Positions 30,101 through 37,114 of a DNA stretch of 64,000 nucleotides are shown one piece after another. The stretch spans positions 32,001 to 96,000 of the IMG/VR virus record IMGVR_UViG_3300032286_001377, one strand, 5' to 3'. The position numbers and the translations under genes were made by a program. Positions within the stretch are counted from its first letter, which is position 1; every line of letters starts with the position of its first letter. Source of the DNA: a virus. The notes under the pieces were generated by a model. The model had not been told where the DNA came from and did no database searches. It saw only the letters and a list, made by a program, of their open reading frames with translations.

Positions 30101-30851
30101 AATTTAATTCAACATCTGACTGATAATCGTCAAGACTTTCTTGTAGAATTGCAGTCAAAAACTTTCCACCAACAGACTGTGGAATAGCTAAAGAAGGAGT
30201 AGCAGGTTCGACAGAATCTTCAAAGATAGAAGTCCAGCTCGGAAATCTTTTTAATACGCTTCTAACAGAAGAGGAAATAACAGGTGAAACTGGATCATAA
30301 ATTCCAACTTCTAAATAGAACAATAAACCAACTGAACTTAAATCAACATCTTGAGTAAAAATCTCTAGTTCAATCTTAACAAACGGTTTTGCATTCTTGA
30401 TAAAAACAATATTAGAATCTGAAGAAACAGAAGATCTTAACCAGGGTCCAGCACTTGAATCGGATTCATAAAAGCTTATAGTAAAAGAAGGAACAATCAC
30501 ACCTGGAAGATTAGTGAAAGTATGACGATATGTAAGAATATCTATCCTGGAAGTAGTGTCAATAAATCTTCTCAATGAAGGAGTAGCTGGTTCGTAAATA
30601 ACCTCACCAACATCTGTCTTATGAGTAACATTAGAACTATACGGAGTTGCATGAATTCCAGTGTAAGACGGTGAAGTTACTTCAGTCCCAACATATGTTC
30701 TATCCCCTATAAGATTAAGACCATAAGCTGATCTGCTATAGGAATAGTTTTTAAATTGTGAATTTGAATATAGGTTAATAGGATTACTAGTCCAAATATT
30801 ATTTGATTTACTAAAATCTGAACTTTTAAGCAGTAATAAATATTGCTTCAT
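24177..30851 (-). CDS. Giant baseplate wedge/fibre protein with inserted LamG cassette and Ig-like domains
   Basis: 2224 aa; FDEFGARVSLPRLYLESNSNYKKRI resembles the D..G...L.R..ES...Y..RI wedge motif; LamG block at ~25930-27950; Ig-like YDTNGN...TNDNGFA near the C-terminus. Confidence 0.65.
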   Translation of the reverse strand: MKQYLLLLKSSDFSKSNNIWTSNPINLYSNSQFKNYSYSRSAYGLNLIGDRTYVGTEVTSPSYTGIHATPYSSNVTHKTDVGEVIYEPATPSLRRFIDTTSRIDILTYRHTFTNLPGVIVPSFTISFYESDSSAGPWLRSSVSSDSNIVFIKNAKPFVKIELEIFTQDVDLSSVGLLFYLEVGIYDPVSPVISSSVRSVLKRFPSWTSIFEDSVEPATPSLAIPQSVGGKFLTAILQESLDDYQSDVELNSIDSFIASADEDMTAWMFVAYNVPQNINLISGDSVQLARVGSFADLMDGRSTDYSFYYSPVDRQLFTLRQFSSLKVNDISYTQEAINIFNDFDEFGARVSLPRLYLESNSNYKKRILDVTKNMPGVSNEALKRTLRRELDIWRAYGATPNSDYSGATPEILEISDIENSTPYFTDAGQPTQQFRQLVEDLNFKYPSNIGYVKWDEGLWDYAGLNGEGVSRIPAVYDEASSPLGSFYQPGVGDFDDAMVDIYPAEASTVSFSGNIKISGFKAISTNTIYAPVVVDYTWYFNYLATVADYDSSKVQAGVVYEISMPNHGNYATPSTFYANLNYNNRSDFIVGNQFLSNSPTSPEYTYIPIFDQQGMTLAELEFRDKVFNQRYYNSTRTSKQNSINIAEAASINVIFGRSLTTTGVSPTYTNLSVGNYKIDFSRSTPIWKSNPTIGTTMTLSTPNLDRYNAGLYLGSNVYVTKQASFNSDTYKGTIALNTPNTLNVGGVSNALIQIEELVKQTVLKHQKATPQYLFISPNKIKSYPTYGSSSNVEATGGYSTDPISDDTYLVPSSPNILWQPRNLSGAVSASPDYFDQATINFSSTPYYIDVYTKDSVLYPFVRTNYEHFEAETAPNTFYGFLDENNRVFKNEEEYNNSFLLEDKFLETVTLNRNSFGLAAATPYIVDSVKFNTTPNYIDSFTYSNDAIVSDLNTAFAADPNSLSHKVTPLKDAVLYLDAKSASFNAQMISNLGTGGTVLDAQVGSMSYVGSAHIRNGALNLPGITSNYAGVYDHNGLDVTGDIEIVFKLNLNTLTSDVSILSKSGAYRVLLANPDPSKVKFGYWTGSFWSEIDTYSGAIIAGKTQWIKITRVRSTGIVNFYANYSSQDLEPNSWILVGTTTLNPTVSLPASTGNLEIGSRDSGAGVINGSLYRVIIRGGIGGPTVFDADFSKQKDWTIEFNEDSIYKSVVTINGTNVINTDPTLLDVEDKGYFYQPSISAGTNGATIPSAVGSSTDITGNIALAVQIRPFETYVASPKALIGKRQSGVDSSVTNYSIGFNGGTPPGPNMFFSYTSSADTTSRLVYATKGHNIPIGTKAWFGATLTINNTTFQHTVKFYTSLDGVNWTLFDTVVTANPGGTALSLRSNAAFNYIAASNTGLAGPEGKYYRAKIWNTDSFAGNPVLDVDFDSITYPAQVSFTCNTGQLVTMNRGTTGRRMVVMPSKANGGRSVWIFGADAGAADYFIIPNNDLVNFGLNDSFTLMAVARSWSVPATDQRFIMKWDPTGGYYLSKANTGVAALNFVSGAGGSGGASNPGYVAGSLMAHTGIRNVSKDTTYVYANTTMGVPATDSTIGTLSSNTPLTIGSQYYNNSGYADMELAAVAIWRRVLTDQEIKIVKEYLVDGIVPSLGDSDLNNVEVDIYSEADEVRRNDYRLGVNAGWIYIKEKDQYIYVNPETATYNGRFFDLTLPNSPRKGAPIIANVGGKEYRNLVFEDSSTPGNGSFYNTETVLGRKSNSLYLSYQNIKNASVTDVYTGKRLFSNLSSSTNVISPFSQATPSVVDREYEVVYYVNDAFYVENDVYNSSIDDYQSKAYFSTTPSTNSYYYVTYENSYKDNFIDSGLNLSQIDSPISEGYVYLTKDEFNFSSISAYLSPNFITDSSNDLMYLSIISYDTNGNLKPGQTFYISGNDILVADPYVTTNDNGFAKTTVRYNGSILSTTSSGTINISGIGSATPNGLSNSTPNSSANSMTQGYSQQLTYKIIRDKTFDLKVKAAPLRFTVDTDGISKLAIVGKIYWKDNPLLASVAIKYRKARTLYDLFNTASYSYTQTDSNGYFNIFETINSYSDASDPGIWFVSVEINETANQIQTKLAALGETVLASNITITGDIAYWNEKYDNIHYANEASALPSAFMPATQLNSNPIATPNFVVKHYNSIDVYSVNSTPNWIPPSWVPLNRLQQYQMGLFGTTPNYIVNYSNIRPDSGEE

Positions 30852-30866
30852 CTATAATCCTTTAAA

Positions 30867-32078
30867 TTAATCTAACCAAATTGAATACTCTGAAGTAACA
30901 CCTTGCTCAGGGTGAATGTACATTAAATGTTGAGATGGACGACTCATTGAATTAAAATACTCTTGAGCATACGTATTATAACTTTCTGGGGACCCAGAAA
31001 CTCTCAAAACAGTAGTACCAATAGACATTTTAAAACTCTGATGATAGTGACCCATGAAAACATCATCAAAATGCTCGGGGATGGCACCATCTTTCCATCC
31101 AAAGATTCTTTTATAGTAACCACTGACAGAGCTAGGATGAGGTAATTGATCCCCATGGATTAAAAGTGTTTTATAATTACCTATCGCATCCACTGCATAC
31201 CAATTTCTTTCTCCTCTTCCATCAGGAATGTTGAAAGTTATTCTAGGTTCTTTTGTGAAAATTAAATTGACAATCTTATATAAGAGCCTATCCATATTAG
31301 TTTCAGGATCATACTGTCGCCTATTTCTTCCACCTACTGAACCATGGTTGCCAATCACCCCAGTAACATGAACATGTTCGAAGTTCTCTAACGCAGTACT
31401 TAAAAAGTTGCCTAATATTTCAGGACCATTAACACCAACTTGACGATACAAGCCAGAATCAATAAGATGACTCTGACCAGGAAAAATTTCTTCACCCTCA
31501 ACAATATCGCCTAACAGCCAAACATGTAAATCATTTACAGGATGATGAGCTCTTTGAATCTCAGTGATCTCTAATAATTTTTCAGTATATTGCTCAATTC
31601 TCTGGGCAGCTACTTCAGAATTGTAATCAGGAGTAACTTTCCCCAGTTGCCAATCAGCAAAAACTGCAACAGCTGTCTCTGAAGCTTTTGAACTTTTTGG
31701 AAAAGAAGGTCTTTTAATCTTAGGCAGATCAAAATTACTAAACGCATCAAACGCTGCACGATACACTGCAAAAGAAGCTTCTGTATTTACGTTCTTATAA
31801 CGATCTGCCAATCTGCCAAGTCTTTTATTCTCTGCTCTAAGAAAATCAACAGTAGAAACTTCTTTAATATCCGCTTCAACTAGATCTTCTTGATCAATTT
31901 CATCAGCCCACTTTTCTAGAACATAGGCCCTATCTTCGTTAGACGCACCTTCTTCAATTGAGGAAAGTGAATCTAATAAATCACCAACACCATCTAAACC
32001 CTCGACTATTTTTCTAGCTTCCACCATATTTGGGGCGCGAACAATTGATTTCTGTACAATAGTGTACATCTTAGTCAT
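30867..32078 (-). CDS. Calcineurin-like metallophosphoesterase (nuclease/phosphatase) with N-terminal coiled coil
   Basis: All five motifs present: ADWQLG, LGDIVEG, GNHG, HGD, GHYH. Confidence 0.85.
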   Translation of the reverse strand: MTKMYTIVQKSIVRAPNMVEARKIVEGLDGVGDLLDSLSSIEEGASNEDRAYVLEKWADEIDQEDLVEADIKEVSTVDFLRAENKRLGRLADRYKNVNTEASFAVYRAAFDAFSNFDLPKIKRPSFPKSSKASETAVAVFADWQLGKVTPDYNSEVAAQRIEQYTEKLLEITEIQRAHHPVNDLHVWLLGDIVEGEEIFPGQSHLIDSGLYRQVGVNGPEILGNFLSTALENFEHVHVTGVIGNHGSVGGRNRRQYDPETNMDRLLYKIVNLIFTKEPRITFNIPDGRGERNWYAVDAIGNYKTLLIHGDQLPHPSSVSGYYKRIFGWKDGAIPEHFDDVFMGHYHQSFKMSIGTTVLRVSGSPESYNTYAQEYFNSMSRPSQHLMYIHPEQGVTSEYSIWLD

Positions 32079-32092
32079 AATTCACCTATCTA

Positions 32093-33262
32093 TCAGTAGT
32101 TAGATGTACCTATTATAACAGCATAAATGTTAACATTTCCAGCTGCAGCATAACGTTTTACAGTATTTAAATCAAAATCTTTAAGTGGCAGCTCTCCGCC
32201 ATCTGCGTTGAAGCCGCTTATAGTAACATTTCTAATTAGATCAGAAGAAAGCTTTATCTGTTGTTCGATAGTGGCAATAGAAACAACATCTCCAATTGAT
32301 AAAGAATTTAGATATCTTTTAACAAAAAGTTCCGCTTGTCTTCTTACTCCAGTTATCATATTGGTTGTATTTCCACTTGGAACAGTAATAGTAGCTGAAA
32401 GGTTTATCGACACCTTTTCAGCTATGCGAACATTAAATCTCACACCAACTGGCTTAACTGCATAAATAGCAGAAAGTATTGCTTCTGGCAAAGGGCGGAG
32501 AGCAACAGAAGCTTCCGGCACAACAATAATATCGCAAGAGCCTATACCATAGCTTGCTTCTCTAATCCTAACATCTCTTACGCCCTTAACTGCCAGGGCA
32601 GCAAAGCGAATAGATTCTGCAGTTCCTGCTGATTTAGATTTAAGTGAAGCGATAATTCTTCTGCGATAGTTTGAATCAGACTCAGAATTAGGGTCAGCAT
32701 AAATTTCTTTTGGATTTGAACAGAAAACTACAACAGCAGATGGCCCAATATAATTATGTTTAGTTAAACTGCCAACTGGAGCAACGTAAGAATTATCGGT
32801 AAAATTAGGCTCAACCCTTCCATAAGCCTTAAGCGTACCTGCTGTTATAACAATGGGTCCAGAAAGCTTAAAACTGTATTGCCTTATTGTGAAAGCTGAA
32901 ACATCAGTATATATTAAAGTATCTTTTGGAATAGTTATATCTGTACTATGAACTTTATCTAGAAAAAATTCAATATTATAAGATTGTCTCTCTTGAGAAA
33001 CTACAGATGTAACAGATTTTCTTGGTATGCCATAAAGATCTCCAATTAAATCTAAATTTCTACCCATTGCAGTACTAAGATTATTTTGATTAATAGAATA
33101 TCTCAGAGCCTCATATAGGTCAGAAACTTCTGAACTAAATGCTTCTGCAAAAGCTCTAGCAATAGAACCAGGATGAGTAGCAGTGATGCCTGCATTTTTT
33201 TCTAGATTATTAAGAACAGAAACTAAAACATCTGACTTACTTTTAACTCCATAGACTGGCAA
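32093..33262 (-). CDS. Baseplate J-like (P2 gpJ/Mu gp47) wedge protein
   Basis: TAMGRNLDLIG, ESDSNYRRRI, GTAESIRFAALAVKGVRDV; TTG start with AGGAG RBS; follows the gp25-like gene. Confidence 0.85.
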   Translation of the reverse strand: MPVYGVKSKSDVLVSVLNNLEKNAGITATHPGSIARAFAEAFSSEVSDLYEALRYSINQNNLSTAMGRNLDLIGDLYGIPRKSVTSVVSQERQSYNIEFFLDKVHSTDITIPKDTLIYTDVSAFTIRQYSFKLSGPIVITAGTLKAYGRVEPNFTDNSYVAPVGSLTKHNYIGPSAVVVFCSNPKEIYADPNSESDSNYRRRIIASLKSKSAGTAESIRFAALAVKGVRDVRIREASYGIGSCDIIVVPEASVALRPLPEAILSAIYAVKPVGVRFNVRIAEKVSINLSATITVPSGNTTNMITGVRRQAELFVKRYLNSLSIGDVVSIATIEQQIKLSSDLIRNVTISGFNADGGELPLKDFDLNTVKRYAAAGNVNIYAVIIGTSNY

Positions 33263-33263
33263 T

Positions 33264-33644
33264 TTAGTCTCCTAATGTTTGTGTTACAGAAAGTGTTATG
33301 GGCTGATCTATATCAGATATAACATGAACGTCGAATCTAATAGTATCCCTACTTGTAGGAATTGCATCAATTCTAATATCCCTGCCTTTAAACAATCCTT
33401 CTCTTTGAAGGCCTGTTCTAATTAATCTTTTTCCAAATTCGCCAGTCTCTGGAGTTTGTGGCATCCCATATAATAACGAAAGATCAATACCAAGCTGAGG
33501 ATAAATGTAGAAATCGCCAGGTTCAGTCATGAGCCTTAAATACACCTGCTGAATATCTGACTGAAGCGATGAATTAACCATTGCGATATCCATGTTTCCA
33601 TTTATTACAATATCACCAGTTAATGTAAAGTATAAATCACTCAT
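33264..33644 (-). CDS. Baseplate wedge/sheath initiator, gpW/gp25-like
   Basis: GDIVI...QQVYLRLMTEPGDFYIYPQLGIDL matches the gp25 pattern; likely start MSDLY at 33644, overlapping the upstream stop. Confidence 0.8.
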   Translation of the reverse strand: MSDLYFTLTGDIVINGNMDIAMVNSSLQSDIQQVYLRLMTEPGDFYIYPQLGIDLSLLYGMPQTPETGEFGKRLIRTGLQREGLFKGRDIRIDAIPTSRDTIRFDVHVISDIDQPITLSVTQTLGD

Positions 33645-34272
33645 TAGTTTCCTTTGAAGCCTGCGCATGTGCCTGATCAAAACTTAAACCTTGTCTTAAA
33701 TGCTTCACAATAAGAGCGATATGCAACTCGGAATAAGAAGATGCATAAGCTTCCAGAAGACCAATCTCTTCAAAGCTTAAATCTGATATATCATAATCGG
33801 ACACATATTTTTGTTGAGGAATAGTTTCTCTTGTAGAGAATTTGTTCTCAGCTAATATAGTAATTGGTTTCTGTTTTTCTTCCCGTTCAATCATACTTAC
33901 AGTATCAAGATAGTAAGATGCTCCGTTTTGTGCGGTATGAATATCTTTCAAATTTATTTTAACTAAAGTAGGCTCAGAAAAAGAAGAAGCTGAATAATTA
34001 AAATAATAGCTATTCCACTTCAATCCATCTTCTTTGCAACTGAATTTAATTGTATCCGCAAAAAAAGATATACTTTTGGACTTCGCACTAATAACAATAC
34101 CAATACCTGGAGTAGCAAAAATTTCAATATCACCTTGATCATTTAGTCTCATAAAAGATTCATTATCAGGATGATTAAATCCAACTTCTCTTTCCGAAAA
34201 TTTTCTTCTTTTGGAAAGTTCTTTCTCTACAGGTATTTCTCTTCTAAAAACTGCATTTTTGTTAACATCCAT
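33637..34272 (-). CDS. Baseplate spike-associated protein (beta-strand repeats), putative
   Basis: 211 aa; SFMRLNDQGDIEIFA...GIVIS...SISF resembles the spike beta-helix strand pattern; lies between the OB-fold gene and gp25. Confidence 0.5.
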   Translation of the reverse strand: MDVNKNAVFRREIPVEKELSKRRKFSEREVGFNHPDNESFMRLNDQGDIEIFATPGIGIVISAKSKSISFFADTIKFSCKEDGLKWNSYYFNYSASSFSEPTLVKINLKDIHTAQNGASYYLDTVSMIEREEKQKPITILAENKFSTRETIPQQKYVSDYDISDLSFEEIGLLEAYASSYSELHIALIVKHLRQGLSFDQAHAQASKETNE

Positions 34273-34640
34273 CAGTGCACCATAAATCTAGGAATTCCAG
34301 TACGCATAATTGAATTATGGAAACTGTTTGTTCTTGTATCAGAATCGTCAAAATAATTTAAAACATATGGATTAGATTCATTATTGTCTCGAAATCCAAC
34401 TAAACACCGTGTACCTATGGTTGGAGAAACGACTTGTACACCCCTTATAGATGGGCACGGTACTGAACGAATTACATTACCGGGAGAGTTAGTGAATTGT
34501 TCATCTAATATTATGGTGGCTAAATTAGTAGAACTGTCATATCCCATTATTGTGCCAGGTCTAGTTTTTGAAGACTTATATAGAGAGTTATCTATCTGCT
34601 CTTGTATTTTTTTATCAAACTTTGGATAATTAACTGGCAT
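34272..34640 (-). CDS. Baseplate spike N-terminal OB-fold protein (gpV/gp5/gp138-like)
   Basis: PGTIMGYD...ATI...VPCP...PTIGTRCLVGFRDNNESNPYV matches the gpV OB-fold pattern; AGGAG RBS. Confidence 0.7.
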   Translation of the reverse strand: MPVNYPKFDKKIQEQIDNSLYKSSKTRPGTIMGYDSSTNLATIILDEQFTNSPGNVIRSVPCPSIRGVQVVSPTIGTRCLVGFRDNNESNPYVLNYFDDSDTRTNSFHNSIMRTGIPRFMVH

Positions 34641-34696
34641 TATGCTCTCCTAACTTTACGTAATTGTGTATGAAATAAACGATTTACTAACATTAT

Positions 34697-37102
34697 TTAA
34701 ACCCTGAATTCTTCACCTTCAAGCCATCTAGCCGCATATGGAGCTGCCTTAGAGTTTTTGCCTGAGGTCTGAAACATTTTTAAAACCCAATCTTTAAGTT
34801 GCTGCTCTGTTTTACCTAAAGATACATATAGATCTCTTGCTATTGAAAACTTAATATTACTAAGAAATCCATAAGTTGGACCTCCACCATAATCGCCCCA
34901 TGGCTTAAATACATATCCAGTCTCAGCAGTTAGGCCTAATTTAGTTCCGCTAAAAATGGTACCGCCAGTAGCTACAGTATAGGTTATATAAGCTTGGTTA
35001 ATGGGTATCCACATTCTTGAATCAAAAAGAGACCATCGATCACCCTTAGAAAGTGCCTTAGCTTTAGGTAATGCTTTGGCATTAAAATTACTTAAGTCTA
35101 CATCATCTTTATCCCAATCCTTATAGCCTATTTGCCAACCAGCCATTTGAGTCTGACTAGGAAGAGGAATGAAAAATGTATGCCCACCATTGGCCCCAGG
35201 AAGGAGATTGCATTGAAACATTCCACCAGACCAGTCACCAGTGACATCTGACACATTGCAGGCACGAGGTTGCAAGCCGCCCTCTCTAGTAGCAATAGAG
35301 CAGAATATGGCAGCCGCCTCATCAGACATGACAGTAAGCCTCAGAAGAGCAAAAACTTCTTCTCTAGACAACTTGCCATTAGGTTCAGTTGAATAACCTT
35401 TACTAAACTTAGCATCACTTAAATCTGTTGGGGTTACAAATTCTCCAGTCACGCCGGAAGAAATGGTAGTAGAAGTGGGAGAAGTACGATTTGTATTAGG
35501 TGGATAGAAAGGGCTATTACTTCTAGTTTCCCTATGATATGTAGCAAAATCTAAACCTGCGGGATCAGAAGTGGTATCGGATGGAGTAGGTGTCACCGTA
35601 TCTACGGGAACATCTGGTTCACCAGAATCCACAATACTGCCTGCAGGAGGTGTCACTGCAGTAATGTTGCTTCTCTGCCTAGATGCACTATCCTCATTTT
35701 TATCTGGAGCACGATTTACGGTAGTGCGAGTACCGGCTCCTCCCATTTGTCCACCTGGACCAGTATATATCCCTGATCTGACTCCACTGAAACTCATATG
35801 AATGTGAGTTCTATGAACCTCATCTGCAGAAAAGTTTGCATACTTGATAGCAGGATACATAGTTTTCATTTTACAGGTGTCTGGTTCAAAACCTTTAGTT
35901 TGAATTCCAAACTCTTGAGCTAAGTCTATCGATATAGCAAAATGATCAGGGATTAAATGAATAGGAGCATCCGAAAAGGCTTCCATTAACGTAGTTAGGG
36001 CAATTAGATACCTATTTCTATTTCCGCCCTCTTTCCCTAAAATTACTCTATTAGGAGAATTTGAACTATTAAGTGGACCAATAACATCTATATCAAATGC
36101 CCTACCGAGAGCATGATCAGTTATTGTGCCACCTTCTGTTAGTGATGAAAGATTTGGACCTTGTGTATTCTGATTCTCTCCACGTTCCCAACCAAATCCG
36201 CCACGAATCTCTATTTTACTATTAAGATACAACATAAGCTCAATCATCGCCGGACAAATATATGCTTTTTGACTAGGTTGATCAATCAACTCTTTTGACA
36301 CTTTGTTGCTTCCGGTAATCCCAGGATAATTACTCCCAGTTGTATCTAAATCATTAAATTTATTATTAATGTCAAAATTATAACCATATGTAAGAACACT
36401 AGAACTATAAGTTGTGTTTAAATTTTTTAAAGTCATCGACCTATCTAAAAGCCAACCTTTTTCCTCTGGAGATAATGTTGATTCTACTGTAATCACCCTT
36501 GAGCCAGCGCTAGGATTAGAAGAATCTCCAGTATAAGTACCAGGGTTAGTGCCAGCACTATTGCCTGCGCCATTATCAATATTGCCACTAGGCTGACCAG
36601 GAACTCCACCAGGTGGTTCATCAGGATAAGATAACTTAATGCTATAATCAGCTGAAATGCTTTCAGCAGCATTTAAAACAAAATCGGAAGCGGCTTTTTT
36701 ACCAGCAACACTGTCAACATAATGCCGAGCTGTAGCAGACCCTCCTTTAAGTTCTGTTTTACCAATTCCATCTTCTGGATTATCAATCTTGTATGTATCG
36801 TTTGTAGTGTTTGCTGCAGCAGATACTGTTCCTAAAACGTTATTTAAAGATGGTATCAAAGTAGAGTTATAAAAATTTTGACTATAAACCGGACTTCTAT
36901 AAAGAACATCTCCAGACATCGCACGAGATAAACTGGTTGAAGAAAGAGTTTTCTCTCTGCTTATCTTGTTCCCATATTCCTTAGAATAATAAGAAGTATT
37001 ACGTATTACTACTTCACCTGCAGGATAATAGCTTCCGTGAATGGAATTTGCAATAGTCGCAAAATCAGAAACTGTCTCATTATTAAAATTAAAATTAGAC
37101 AT
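34697..37102 (-). CDS. Tail-associated peptidoglycan hydrolase: M15-like Zn peptidase plus lytic transglycosylase/lysozyme-like domain
   Basis: HALGRAFD (H-x6-D) and HIH Zn ligands; IATREGG...GMFQCN (SLT-like catalytic Glu and GxxQ); P/T-rich linker between them. Confidence 0.75.
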   Translation of the reverse strand: MSNFNFNNETVSDFATIANSIHGSYYPAGEVVIRNTSYYSKEYGNKISREKTLSSTSLSRAMSGDVLYRSPVYSQNFYNSTLIPSLNNVLGTVSAAANTTNDTYKIDNPEDGIGKTELKGGSATARHYVDSVAGKKAASDFVLNAAESISADYSIKLSYPDEPPGGVPGQPSGNIDNGAGNSAGTNPGTYTGDSSNPSAGSRVITVESTLSPEEKGWLLDRSMTLKNLNTTYSSSVLTYGYNFDINNKFNDLDTTGSNYPGITGSNKVSKELIDQPSQKAYICPAMIELMLYLNSKIEIRGGFGWERGENQNTQGPNLSSLTEGGTITDHALGRAFDIDVIGPLNSSNSPNRVILGKEGGNRNRYLIALTTLMEAFSDAPIHLIPDHFAISIDLAQEFGIQTKGFEPDTCKMKTMYPAIKYANFSADEVHRTHIHMSFSGVRSGIYTGPGGQMGGAGTRTTVNRAPDKNEDSASRQRSNITAVTPPAGSIVDSGEPDVPVDTVTPTPSDTTSDPAGLDFATYHRETRSNSPFYPPNTNRTSPTSTTISSGVTGEFVTPTDLSDAKFSKGYSTEPNGKLSREEVFALLRLTVMSDEAAAIFCSIATREGGLQPRACNVSDVTGDWSGGMFQCNLLPGANGGHTFFIPLPSQTQMAGWQIGYKDWDKDDVDLSNFNAKALPKAKALSKGDRWSLFDSRMWIPINQAYITYTVATGGTIFSGTKLGLTAETGYVFKPWGDYGGGPTYGFLSNIKFSIARDLYVSLGKTEQQLKDWVLKMFQTSGKNSKAAPYAARWLEGEEFRV

Positions 37103-37114
37103 AAAATTTACCTT

